The position numbers and the translations under genes are program-made. This document shows, in pieces, positions 39,801 to 51,373 of a stretch of DNA of 64,000 bases (within the stretch, counting starts at the first letter, position 1; every line of letters begins with the position of its first letter). The stretch is from NCBI GenBank assembly GCA_023460995.1, contig JAEWOE010000006.1, positions 774,927 through 838,926 of the forward strand. Direction: 5' to 3'. The DNA is from Bacillota bacterium (GTDB lineage Bacteria; Bacillota_I; Bacilli_A; RF39; UBA660). Under the pieces are notes generated by a model. That model did not search any database. It worked only from the letters and a program-made list of their open reading frames with translations, and was not told the DNA's origin.

Positions 39801-40277
39801 TTAATTAGAAAGTTCATCCCTAATTTCCATCCATATTTTCCCAAGATTATTTTGTCCTTCATTATTGTTGTCCAATCCCCAGTCAGTGTCTTCATCTGTA
39901 CAGTATTCTGCAATTATATTATTTCTAGTTTCTAAAAGTTTTTTCTTTACTACTGGATTTTGTTCTGCTTTTGCTTTTAGTATCATTTTCATATTTTGGT
40001 ATTTAACATTTGACCAATTACTTGGTTTAAAATTCTTGTTCTTTTGCGCAATATCTCTTGCTTCATTTGGAGAAAAAGAATTCTTAATTTCTTTTGCTAT
40101 TTCTGGAGCAGTCTCAATAAATTTTAAATATTGAAAGGCATGCTCACTAGTTTGAAAATATTCACTATTTAATTCTAACCCAAAAGATGAAAAGTTATCT
40201 AAAGGTAGAATATTTAGTTGATATTCTGTTATATTATAGTGAATTTCATTCATATTGTTGTCAAATATTCTTATCAT
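39801..40277 (-). CDS. NADAR (YbiA-like) domain protein
   Basis: SEHAFQ...W..G...L motifs typical of DUF1768/NADAR. Confidence 0.55.
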   Translation of the reverse strand: MIRIFDNNMNEIHYNITEYQLNILPLDNFSSFGLELNSEYFQTSEHAFQYLKFIETAPEIAKEIKNSFSPNEARDIAQKNKNFKPSNWSNVKYQNMKMILKAKAEQNPVVKKKLLETRNNIIAEYCTDEDTDWGLDNNNEGQNNLGKIWMEIRDELSN

Positions 40278-40387
40278 TGTATCACCTCTAAAAACATTTT
40301 ATCATATTGTTTCTTAAACAACAAAAAAAGTTAATCAAAATTAACTTTTATAATTGTAAGTCGAATAATTTTTCGACTAATTTTATA

Positions 40388-40463
40388 GTGGTGTCCTTGG
40401 CAGGACTCGAACCTGCATCTATCCCTTAGGAGGGGATTACTCTATCCTGCTGAGCTACAAGGA
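40388..40463 (-). tRNA. tRNA-Arg (anticodon CCT)
   Basis: The reverse complement reads GTCCTTGTAGCTCAGCAGGATAGAGTAATCCCCTCCTAAGGGATAGATGCAGGTTCGAGTCCTGCCAAGGACACCA; anticodon loop CTCCTAA. Confidence 0.85.
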
Positions 40464-40532
40464 CATAACTATATTTTAGCACATTTTTATACTATTTAAA
40501 ATAAAAAAATTACATTAAGTAATTTTACTATT

Positions 40533-41162
40533 TTATTTTTTGATTTTACTATTTATAAATGCCACAATAATAGGCATTAATGATATAAATACTATTGCTA
40601 TTATTATCATACTGAAATTTCCTTTGACAAAACTTATATTTCCAAAGAAGAAACCTAGTCCATACATAAGTGAAACCCATAAAATTCCGCCAATTACATT
40701 ATATAGCAAAAAAGTTCTATAATTCATTTCACTAACACCTGCTACAAATGGCGCGAAGGTTCTAATAATTGGCACAAAACGCGCAATTGTAATTGCACCA
40801 ACACCATGTTTTTCAAAGAATGCATGTGTTTTATCGATATGTTCCATTTTTATAAAGCGAATCTTTTTCTTTTGTCTGATTTTTTCTCCTAAATATTTTC
40901 CAATACTATAATTAGTTGAATCTCCAAGAATAGCGGCTAAGTATAATATTATTAATGTTAATAGTGGATTAATTGCACCAGTTTTAGCTATTATAGCCCC
41001 AGCAGCAAACAAAAATGAATCTCCGGGTAAAAATGGCAGTATAACTACTCCCGTCTCAATAAATATAACTGCATATAAAAATAAATAAGTAAGAATAGGA
41101 TAGTTTTCTATAATTATCTCTATATATTTATCAATATGTAAAAAGTAATCAAGTAATGCCAT
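40533..41162 (-). CDS. DedA-family membrane protein
   Basis: Conserved DedA block F(L/I)ETG..ILPFLPGDS.LF.AG. Confidence 0.8.
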   Translation of the reverse strand: MALLDYFLHIDKYIEIIIENYPILTYLFLYAVIFIETGVVILPFLPGDSFLFAAGAIIAKTGAINPLLTLIILYLAAILGDSTNYSIGKYLGEKIRQKKKIRFIKMEHIDKTHAFFEKHGVGAITIARFVPIIRTFAPFVAGVSEMNYRTFLLYNVIGGILWVSLMYGLGFFFGNISFVKGNFSMIIIAIVFISLMPIIVAFINSKIKK

Positions 41163-41284
41163 AATCCACCTCTATTAATTTATATGCATAAAGTCTTTTA
41201 ATATATTGATAAATTAATAATAGGGACTATTGTTAATGAAAAATAAAACTAGTATAAAACTAGTTTTGAATTTAAAACATCAAA

Positions 41285-41800
41285 TTAATTAGCATATTTT
41301 ACTAAATTTAATATTAAGAATAAGTACAAATAATTAGTAGCATAACTTAATCTAAATCTATATGAAGAACTAAATTCATATAAAGCAACACATTTATCAA
41401 CCACACTTACTAACCAACTTTCCAAATATTTTGGAATAGCTATATTAATAGGAAACATGTGTGACTTTATAATATCACGTTCTAAATTGTTAAGTTCAAA
41501 TATATTGTCAGCATTTCTAACTGCATACTTAGGATGTGTAAAGGTAGATGAAAATCTATCCATACTTGTTCTGTCTTCGCTACTCATAAAAAAATCATGT
41601 AATAATCCTGCACGAGCAACTTCACTAGTATGTAGCCTTAATGCTTTTGAAACTAAATAAGAATAATATGAAACCCTCATAGAATGAAGCATTCTAGAAG
41701 TGCCATGATGTTCTATTTTATCTATTTCATTAAAGTGTTTATTGTCTAATATATCTTTAACTAATATATAATATTCATTGTCTTCAGTAATTTGATTCAA
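41285..41800 (-). CDS. HD-domain phosphohydrolase
   Basis: H...HD motif (HSMRVSYY...LLHD). Confidence 0.6.
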   Translation of the reverse strand: MNQITEDNEYYILVKDILDNKHFNEIDKIEHHGTSRMLHSMRVSYYSYLVSKALRLHTSEVARAGLLHDFFMSSEDRTSMDRFSSTFTHPKYAVRNADNIFELNNLERDIIKSHMFPINIAIPKYLESWLVSVVDKCVALYEFSSSYRFRLSYATNYLYLFLILNLVKYAN

Positions 41801-41957
41801 CTTATTTCACCTCAGTAATTTACTATATTATATCACTGCAGATGATTTTTTATCATAAAAATCGTACAGTTTTCTTTCATTTGACAGATTTAATTTTACA
41901 CTAAGACGAAAATAAATGCAAATTTAGTGCAAAGTATTCACTAATTTATAAAGTAGT

Positions 41958-42006
41958 GTTATAATTAAAAAGAGCCTATCAGTTCTCTAACTGATAGTTT
42001 TTTTGT
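41958..42006 (+). promoter_or_regulatory. pyrG leader: extended -10 promoter (TGTTATAAT) followed by an intrinsic terminator (CTATCAGTT-ctcta-AACTGATAG plus T-run) ~25 nt before the pyrG RBS; candidate attenuator
   Basis: Perfect 9-bp hairpin plus T7 lying between promoter and start codon. Confidence 0.5.
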
Positions 42007-42016
42007 TTTTGTTTAG

Positions 42017-43633
<1,617 letters not shown>

Positions 43634-43695
43634 GAATTACAAAACAGTAATTCTTTTTTTTGAATATTAGTGTTATAATGTAAGAGGTGTATATT

Positions 43696-45531
43696 ATGAA
43701 AAAGAAAAAATTATTAAAATACTTTACAATTCTAATTTTTACAATTTTGACAACGTTTTCTTTAGTTGTTAATTTAGATATAAATAATATTATTATAGAT
43801 AAAAAAAATGATAACGTTATCTTAATGTTAGTCGTTGGATTATTTATTTATAAATTATTTAATAGTTATTACTTAAATAAAAAAAAGAATAGTCCTTGGT
43901 TTATATTACTATCATTTCTATTTTCTATATTTGTGGTAGTAGGATATAGTTATGATCAAACTGATAGCTGGGATTTATGTTTTAGTGAACCAATATTTTG
44001 GTTTCTAACTCTCGTAAGAATTACGGGGTACTATTTATTATTTAATTGTGTTATTCATAAGTTTTATGATTTTATGAATAGTAATATTCAGAAAGATTTA
44101 CCATTTACAAATAAATTAAAGGATTTAGTTGATAAAAAGCCTTTTATAACAAGCGTAGCTATAATGCTTATATGCTGGCTTCCATATATTATTAGTTTTT
44201 ATCCAGCCATACTTTCGCCAGATCCAGCAAATCAAATAAAACAATTTTTTGGTATTCATACAAAATATATGGATAGTGTTGATTTAATTGATGAAAGTGT
44301 TACTATTACTAATCACCACCCAGTACTTCATACAGTTCTATTAGGTGGTTGTACAAAAATAGGAATGGTTTTATTTGACTCTACTAATATAGGTTTATTT
44401 CTATATAGTATAATTCAAATAATAATTCTATTATCAGCATTAGCATTTACAATTAAATATATGAAAAAACTAAATGTTCCATATTATATAAAGTTTGGTG
44501 CTTTAATTATTTATAGTTTAGTACCTATATTTCCGTTATACGCAATGAGTGCTGTAAAGGATACTATATTTACAGCTTTAGTTATTATATATATGATTAA
44601 TATATATGATCTTATTAAGTATCGTAATACTATAAAATATAGTAATAGGAAGTGCTTATTACTTGCATTATTATTACTTACTATTATGCTTATGAGAAAT
44701 AATGGTTTATATTTGGTTGTTCTATCTTTTCCATTTTTATTTATAATTGAAAAAGAAAATAGAATCAAATTAATTATGATATTAGTTCTTCCAGTAGTTT
44801 TATATAATAGGTATGAGGATACACTTCTTCCATATTTAAAGATAACTGAGGGAAGTATAAGAGAAATGTTATCAATACCATTTCAGCAATCAGCTAGATA
44901 TGTAAAAGAGTATAGCTATGACTTAGATGCTGAAGAAATAGATGCTATTGATAATGTTCTTAAAATTCATACTTTAGGTGAAAGATATAATCCTAATTTA
45001 GCAGATCCAGTTAAAAATGAATTTAATAAGTACACAACTGATGAGGAGTTAAGTACATATTTTAAACAGTGGTATAAGGGATTACTAAAACATCCTGATT
45101 CATATATACAAGCAACAATAAATAATATATATGGTTACTTTGATCCTAATACATCAAACTGGTATGTATATTATAGATATGATAAACGCCTTAGCCAAGA
45201 GGGGGATACCTTTAATTACAGTTTTAATAAACTAAAAGGTCCACGTAATATACTTAGTAGCTATGCATTATCATTTCCATATTTTCCAATATTAGGAATG
45301 ATAGTAAATATTGGTTTTAATGTATGGATTTATATGTATATGTTTATAGTTTTAATAAAAGATAAGAAATATAAATATTTAATATATTTAGCCCCAGTAG
45401 TATCGTTAGTACTAGTATGTATGGCATCACCTGCTAATACATACTTTAGATATGCTATGCCGTATATCTTTGCTATGCCAGTTATGATAGCAATATTTAT
45501 AGATATAATTAGTAAAAAAGAGGAGTGTTAA
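43696..45531 (+). CDS. Large polytopic membrane protein, putative GtrC/YfhO-like glycosyltransferase partner
   Basis: ~14 predicted TM segments; paired by stop/start overlap with a GtrB-like GT2. Confidence 0.35.
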   Translation: MKKKKLLKYFTILIFTILTTFSLVVNLDINNIIIDKKNDNVILMLVVGLFIYKLFNSYYLNKKKNSPWFILLSFLFSIFVVVGYSYDQTDSWDLCFSEPIFWFLTLVRITGYYLLFNCVIHKFYDFMNSNIQKDLPFTNKLKDLVDKKPFITSVAIMLICWLPYIISFYPAILSPDPANQIKQFFGIHTKYMDSVDLIDESVTITNHHPVLHTVLLGGCTKIGMVLFDSTNIGLFLYSIIQIIILLSALAFTIKYMKKLNVPYYIKFGALIIYSLVPIFPLYAMSAVKDTIFTALVIIYMINIYDLIKYRNTIKYSNRKCLLLALLLLTIMLMRNNGLYLVVLSFPFLFIIEKENRIKLIMILVLPVVLYNRYEDTLLPYLKITEGSIREMLSIPFQQSARYVKEYSYDLDAEEIDAIDNVLKIHTLGERYNPNLADPVKNEFNKYTTDEELSTYFKQWYKGLLKHPDSYIQATINNIYGYFDPNTSNWYVYYRYDKRLSQEGDTFNYSFNKLKGPRNILSSYALSFPYFPILGMIVNIGFNVWIYMYMFIVLIKDKKYKYLIYLAPVVSLVLVCMASPANTYFRYAMPYIFAMPVMIAIFIDIISKKEEC

Positions 45532-45532
45532 T

Positions 45533-46468
45533 ATGTTTGGAAAAAAAGAAAAAAAGACTGTAGCTGTTTTGATACCTTGCTACAATGAAAGTAAGACAAT
45601 TGAAAAAGTAGTAAAAGATTACAAAGAAGTTCTTCCTGAAGCTGATATTTATGTATATGATAATAATTCAAAAGATCATACTGATGAAATAGCTAAAAAA
45701 GCAGGAGCTATTGTTAGATATGAATATCGTCAAGGAAAAGGCAATGTTATAAGAAGCATGTTTAGAGATATTGATGCTGATTGTTATTTAATGATCGATG
45801 GCGATGATACATATCCTGCTGAAGATGCTCGTAAAATGGTTGATTTAGTTCTAGAGGGAAAGGCAGATATGGTAATAGGTGATAGATTATCTAGTACATA
45901 TTTTACAGAAAATAAAAGAGCATTTCATAATCTAGGAAATAAAATGGTAAGATTTTTAATTAACAAATTATTTAATAATAATGTTAAAGATATTATGACA
46001 GGTTATAGAGCATTTAGTTATGAATTTGTAAAAGGATTTCCAGTAATATCAAAAGGATTTGAAATAGAAACAGAAATGACTATCCATTCAGTTGATAAGA
46101 ACTATATGTTAGTAGAAGTTCCAGTATCATATAGAGACAGACCGGCAGGTAGTGTTTCTAAATTAAATACATATAGTGATGGTTTTAAAGTATTAAAAAC
46201 TATCGCAACATTATTTAAAGAATATAAGCCAGCATTCTTTTTTAATATTTTTGCTAGTATATTCTTAATTATATGTTTAATACTAGGATTACCAGTATTT
46301 ATTGAATATTTTAACACTGGTTTAGTACCAAAATTTCCAAGTCTTATAGTAGCAGGTGTATTTTTAACAATTTCACTTCTACTTTGGATTACTGGTATTA
46401 TTCTTGAAGTTATTGTTAAAAAACATAAACAATTATATGAATTAATGATGAATCAAATAAAAAGATAA
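45533..46468 (+). CDS. GT2-family glycosyltransferase, GtrB/DPM1-like (polyprenyl-phosphate sugar synthase) with two C-terminal TM helices
   Basis: GT-A fold; DNNSKD, DGDD (DxD), two C-terminal TM helices. Confidence 0.7.
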   Translation: MFGKKEKKTVAVLIPCYNESKTIEKVVKDYKEVLPEADIYVYDNNSKDHTDEIAKKAGAIVRYEYRQGKGNVIRSMFRDIDADCYLMIDGDDTYPAEDARKMVDLVLEGKADMVIGDRLSSTYFTENKRAFHNLGNKMVRFLINKLFNNNVKDIMTGYRAFSYEFVKGFPVISKGFEIETEMTIHSVDKNYMLVEVPVSYRDRPAGSVSKLNTYSDGFKVLKTIATLFKEYKPAFFFNIFASIFLIICLILGLPVFIEYFNTGLVPKFPSLIVAGVFLTISLLLWITGIILEVIVKKHKQLYELMMNQIKR

Positions 46469-46614
46469 TTTTAATTATCTTTTTTTAATTTTTAAATATA
46501 TATTTTTAAATAAAATAAATAATTTTACATATAATGAGCACAATAAAATTGAAATTATACGTTTACATCAATAAATTTTTATAATAAAATTTACCAATGG
46601 ATAGGATGGCAAAT

Positions 46615-49488
46615 ATGAGAAAGAAGTATTTTAAGGGGTTTACATTAATAGAACTTTTAGCAGTTATTTTAATACTTGGAATAATTGCTTTAATTGCGGT
46701 ACCAGTAATTTCAAGAATGATTAAGGAAAGTAAAAGAGGTGCTTTTGAAACATCCGTAAATAATATAGTGGATGTATTAGAAAATACTTGTAATATACAA
46801 ACAATGAATAACGAAGCAGTAACTTCAAAGTATATTTTTGCCAATGGTGAAATATCACCAACAATAGATATAAAAGGTAGTTTACCAAAAGATGGTACAG
46901 CTACTGTTGATTTAAACTGTAAAGTTGCTGCAAATTTAACTAATGGAAATTTCACAGCAATAAAAACTATAGCAGATGATAGCATAGCTGTGGTAGATGG
47001 AAATACATTAGAGCAACCTGTTGTATTATTTGATACAAACGGTAATTCAAAGTATTCTAAATCAGCTAATATAAAGATCACTGTAAGTGATGAGAGTGGT
47101 CTTGATGAAAGTAGTTTAAAATATTTGTGGAATATAACAACTAATATACCAGACGAAGCAAGTATTACTAATACATTTACAAATAATGATATTATAAGTT
47201 CACCAAGTGATGCAAATGGTGAATACTATTTATGGATATTAGCTAAAGATACTAGTGGTAATACAGCAATAACAAGAACAAGTGTATTTTATTTAGATAA
47301 TACAAGTCCCGTTATAAATTTAAATGGCAGTAATCCTGCTACTATTAATTTAGATGATACTTATATTGATGAAGGTGCTTCGGCAACTGACAACATTGAT
47401 GAAAGTATATCTATAGTAACAACAGGTACAGTTAATCCTAGTACTGTTGGAACATATAATATGACTTATAGTGCTACTGATACGGCTGGAAATACAGCAA
47501 GTGTTACACGTCAAATAAATGTTATTGATACTATTAAACCAACTATAGTATTTGGAACAAATGGTAATAACACATATGCTAAAATGAGAAATACGACAGT
47601 AACAGTTAGTGATAATGGAGTAATAGATACCAGTAGTTTAAAATACTTATGGAATACAAGTACAAGTAATCCAGATGAAGTTTCATTTAACACAACATTT
47701 ACTAATGGAAATACAATAACTACTCCAAATAGTTTGACAGGTGGTTATTATTTATGGATATTAGCTAAAGATAGTAGTGGTAATGTATCTATATCAAGAA
47801 CTGATGTTTTTAATTTAGATAATCAAATTCCAGTAATAACATTAAATGGCAGTAGTTCTGTATCAGTGAATGTAGGAGCTTCTTATACAGATGCAGGAGC
47901 AACTGCTACTGACAATATAGATGGAAGCATTCCTGTAACAACTACAGGCACTGTAAATCCTAATAGTGTTGGAACATATACAATTACTTATAATGCTACA
48001 GACACTGCTGGTAATAATGCAGTTTCAGTAACAAGAACAATTAATGTTATAGATGTTAGTGCACCAGTTATTACGATGTTAGGAAGTAATCCAGTAAGCA
48101 TTAATATTGGTAGTAGTTATACAGATGCAGGAGCTACAGCACTAGATGATGTTGATGGTAATGTAACTAGTAAAATAACAACAACAAGTACAATAAATGT
48201 TAATGCTTTAGGAAGTTATACTCTAACATATAGAGTGACAGATGTAGCAGGAAATACAGCTACAGCAATTAGAACTGTTAATGTTATAGATACTGTTTTA
48301 CCAAATGTAACATTTGGAACAAATGGTAACAGTACATATGCAAAAACAAGAAGTTCTGTTGTTACTTTAAGTGACAACGTTGCTATAAATGGAAGTAGTT
48401 TAAAATATCTATGGAGTACTAGTACAAGTACACCAAGTGAAGCATCATTTACTACTTCATTTACTAATGGCGGAACTATTAATAGTCCAGCAGGAGCAAC
48501 TGGTATTTATTACTTATGGATATTAGGAAAAGATACTAGTGGAAATACAAGAATTACAGGAAGCAATGCTTTCTATTTAGACAATACTGTTCCAGTATAT
48601 AGTAGTTATGCGATTACAAATGTAACTAGTAGTGGATATGATGTATATATATATGGAGTAAGCGATGCTCATATAGGAATAAATAAAGTACAATTTCCAA
48701 CATGGACTGACTATAATGGTGGAGATGATATGCAACCAAGCTGGGAAACTAATGCAGCGGCTAGTGGAACAAATCTTGGAAGTGGAACTTGGTATTATAG
48801 AGTAAATGTTAGTGCTCACAATAATGAATCAGGAGTATATAATACCCATGTATACATTTACGATAGTGCCGGTAATTCAACAGCTTTTGCAGCTTCACAA
48901 ACAACAGTACCACCAAGTGTATACTATTTAGTTGATGTGGTTAATGTTGGAGATTTTATAAGTTATACAGGAAATAATGGCTGTACAAATTGTGGTGGTC
49001 AAAGTGTAAGTTGTTATGGCGGTTATGCTAATACTTATAGTGGCTGGAGAGTTATTTCAAAAAGCGGAAGTGGTTCAACAGGTACAGTTTCAATAGTAGC
49101 CGCAGGAACTACAGAATGTATTGGTTCAGATGGTGGAACTAATGGAGCAGTATTTAATGCTTTAGCAGGTAAGTATTTAAATACAACTTATGCGGCAAGT
49201 GCTAGAAGTATTAATTGTAATGATGCTTTACCATACTCAGCAGCAGCATGTACAAACTATACAACTTATGTAGCTGATTCAATGATACAGCCAGGTGGAT
49301 TTTACTATTTTGCAACACCATACTCAGGAAGCACATGGGTATACTGGGCAATAGTAGAATCAGGTAGATTTAATACTAATGGTGGTTATACATTTGGTTT
49401 AAGACCTATAATTAACTTTAAATCAGGTGTAACAAAAACAGGAGGTAGTGGGACTAACGCAACACCATATACAATATCTATACAGTAG
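46615..49488 (+). CDS. Giant modular pilin: prepilin N-terminus plus alternating conserved-module/DUF5011 Ig-like repeats plus Cys-rich C-terminal domain (963 aa)
   Basis: KGFTLIELLAVILILGIIALIAVP; DUF5011 units (LNGS.P..I..G..Y.D.GATA.DN.DG.I...TTGTVN...VGTY..TY.ATD.AGN); three copies of a second ~95-aa module (FGTNGN.TYAK...SLKYLWN.ST..P.E..F...FTN...YYLWILAKD.SGN). Confidence 0.8.
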   Translation: MRKKYFKGFTLIELLAVILILGIIALIAVPVISRMIKESKRGAFETSVNNIVDVLENTCNIQTMNNEAVTSKYIFANGEISPTIDIKGSLPKDGTATVDLNCKVAANLTNGNFTAIKTIADDSIAVVDGNTLEQPVVLFDTNGNSKYSKSANIKITVSDESGLDESSLKYLWNITTNIPDEASITNTFTNNDIISSPSDANGEYYLWILAKDTSGNTAITRTSVFYLDNTSPVINLNGSNPATINLDDTYIDEGASATDNIDESISIVTTGTVNPSTVGTYNMTYSATDTAGNTASVTRQINVIDTIKPTIVFGTNGNNTYAKMRNTTVTVSDNGVIDTSSLKYLWNTSTSNPDEVSFNTTFTNGNTITTPNSLTGGYYLWILAKDSSGNVSISRTDVFNLDNQIPVITLNGSSSVSVNVGASYTDAGATATDNIDGSIPVTTTGTVNPNSVGTYTITYNATDTAGNNAVSVTRTINVIDVSAPVITMLGSNPVSINIGSSYTDAGATALDDVDGNVTSKITTTSTINVNALGSYTLTYRVTDVAGNTATAIRTVNVIDTVLPNVTFGTNGNSTYAKTRSSVVTLSDNVAINGSSLKYLWSTSTSTPSEASFTTSFTNGGTINSPAGATGIYYLWILGKDTSGNTRITGSNAFYLDNTVPVYSSYAITNVTSSGYDVYIYGVSDAHIGINKVQFPTWTDYNGGDDMQPSWETNAAASGTNLGSGTWYYRVNVSAHNNESGVYNTHVYIYDSAGNSTAFAASQTTVPPSVYYLVDVVNVGDFISYTGNNGCTNCGGQSVSCYGGYANTYSGWRVISKSGSGSTGTVSIVAAGTTECIGSDGGTNGAVFNALAGKYLNTTYAASARSINCNDALPYSAAACTNYTTYVADSMIQPGGFYYFATPYSGSTWVYWAIVESGRFNTNGGYTFGLRPIINFKSGVTKTGGSGTNATPYTISIQ

Positions 49489-49530
49489 AAATTAAATTAA
49501 ATATTATTTAATTTATATATATTTTAAACC

Positions 49531-49561
49531 AGTGCAAAAGGCACTGGTTTTTTATTAATTC
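49531..49561 (+). terminator. Rho-independent terminator (CCAGTGC-aaaag-GCACTGG plus T-run)
   Basis: Perfect 7-bp stem plus T6. Confidence 0.75.
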
Positions 49562-49659
49562 ATTAAGAATAATAACTAAAAAATTATTTTGTAATATGTA
49601 ATTCAAATTAACCATTTTTTGTGTTATAATAGAACAATATTTTTAAAGGTGTGATATAA

Positions 49660-50049
49660 ATGGAATTTACTGAAGACGATAAGAAAAAAATAAAAATTGC
49701 TTCTATTATTATAGGTATATCTATTATTATAAGTATTGTTTCACTATTTGTTGATAATAATGGTAGTAGTAAGATGAACAATATAGCTAAAGAACTTGGT
49801 GAAAATTATTATAAAAGTAGCTTATATGATACATTTAAAACAAATGGAACAAGCTTACTTAGTATTTTTAAAGATGACGGATATAAGGTTAATTTACAAA
49901 CTTTGCTTGAAGATAATAAAGATTATGTTTCTTATTTTGTTAGTGATGATAAGATATGTGACTTAGAAAATAGTTATATAATTATCTATCCAAAGAAACC
50001 TTATAAAGAGGGTAATTATAAAGTTAAAACTTATTTAGATTGCGAGTAG
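49660..50049 (+). CDS. Small N-terminally membrane-anchored protein, paralogue of 50879..51373
   Basis: TM IASIIIGISIIISIVSLF; shared C-terminal Y(I/V)IIYPK.PY motif and Cys pair. Confidence 0.5.
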   Translation: MEFTEDDKKKIKIASIIIGISIIISIVSLFVDNNGSSKMNNIAKELGENYYKSSLYDTFKTNGTSLLSIFKDDGYKVNLQTLLEDNKDYVSYFVSDDKICDLENSYIIIYPKKPYKEGNYKVKTYLDCE

Positions 50050-50054
50050 ATAAT

Positions 50055-50795
50055 ATGAAAAATAAAGTATATATATATGGTTTTATATTGTTTATGTTAT
50101 TTATTGGAATAAATAGTGTAAGGGCTGCATCTTGTGATAAATATGGCTGTGCTTCATGTATTTATAAAATTAGTAATTATGATGTTAAGTATGATATTAC
50201 TAGTAATGGTACTGACATAACTGTTGATTTTGATACACAAAAAACAGGTGATATAAAAGGAGATTATAAGTTTGCTAATAATTTAGAAAGTGCTTCTTTT
50301 AAAAGTGGTGATGAAATAGTTTGTCCTACTAATATATATGTCGTATATGGAATGAGTGGTACTAAAATAACAACTAAATTATATAGTGAAAATAAAGAAA
50401 ATAGCATTAAAGCAGTTTTATCTGAAACTTCAACAGATAATAATAAAACAATAACTGGTGGAGTTAGTAAAAACACTAACACTAATGGTACAAGTAATAA
50501 TGATAATCAAGAAAGATGTTCTATCTTTTCTAGCGATTTTATAGAATTTATGCAACTAATGTTAGACTATATTAGAATAGCAGGTCTGGTCCTAACAGTT
50601 GTACTTAGTATAATGGATTATACTAAGACAATCTTCGGTAATGATGACAAAAGTAATGAAAAAGCTAACAAACGTTTTACAACTAGGCTAATAGTATTAG
50701 CGCTATTATTTTTGATACCATCAGTAATTAACTTTGTTTTAAATTTGTTTAATATTCAAGGTTCTGGTGATAATGGAACATGTGGCATACACTAA
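50055..50795 (+). CDS. Secreted protein with Cys-rich N-terminus and conserved C-terminal double-TM domain (VirB2/TrbC-like topology), paralogue of 51373..53079
   Basis: Signal peptide; C-terminal ~90 aa L.DYIRIAG..L.VVL.I.DY.K.IFG.DDKS..KANK.F.TRLI..ALLFLIP.V.NFVL.LFNI.G.G..GTCGI(H/K) is shared with the 568-aa paralogue. Confidence 0.55.
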   Translation: MKNKVYIYGFILFMLFIGINSVRAASCDKYGCASCIYKISNYDVKYDITSNGTDITVDFDTQKTGDIKGDYKFANNLESASFKSGDEIVCPTNIYVVYGMSGTKITTKLYSENKENSIKAVLSETSTDNNKTITGGVSKNTNTNGTSNNDNQERCSIFSSDFIEFMQLMLDYIRIAGLVLTVVLSIMDYTKTIFGNDDKSNEKANKRFTTRLIVLALLFLIPSVINFVLNLFNIQGSGDNGTCGIH

Positions 50796-50878
50796 AAAAG
50801 AAAAGATAATGTAAACTATCTTTTTTTTGTTATTTTATTATGCTATAATTTAGTTAGTAAAATAGTGAGGTAGATTAT

Positions 50879-51373
50879 ATGAGAGATTTTTATGAGGCAA
50901 ATAAAGGTGCCTTAAAAACAGCAATTATAATGATTATACTAACACTTGTTATTTTAGTAATAACAAGCGTAATAGATAACTTTAGAAATGCAACAACGCC
51001 TAAGAAAGTTTTAGATGCTCTTGCAAAAAGTTATTATGAAGAAACTTTTCATCCGACTGTGGTAGAAAATAATTCAACTAGTTTTGCAACAGTATTAGCT
51101 AAATATGAAAAAGATGGTATAAAGATGAGTATTAAGAACTTTATGACTCTTTATAAAGATATAGACTTTGATATATTCAACAAAGGAAAGTACGCTTCTT
51201 GTGATTTAGATCTGACATATGTAATAATTTATCCTAAATCACCATACGGAGTAGAAGACTATACTTTAAAAGAAGAAGTTTACTGTAATGTAGGCAGTGT
51301 GGTTGAAGAAGATGGTAAGAAAGATACAAATCCAACAGAAACAACACCAAGTGAAGGTAAAGGTGAAAAATAA
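50879..51373 (+). CDS. Small membrane-anchored protein, paralogue of 49660..50049
   Basis: See paralogue. Confidence 0.5.
   Translation: MRDFYEANKGALKTAIIMIILTLVILVITSVIDNFRNATTPKKVLDALAKSYYEETFHPTVVENNSTSFATVLAKYEKDGIKMSIKNFMTLYKDIDFDIFNKGKYASCDLDLTYVIIYPKSPYGVEDYTLKEEVYCNVGSVVEEDGKKDTNPTETTPSEGKGEK

Noticed and set aside
46563-47081. 172-aa minus-strand ORF overlapping the start of the 963-aa pilin gene
   Set aside because: Antisense overlap with a well-supported gene. Low-complexity translation and no RBS.
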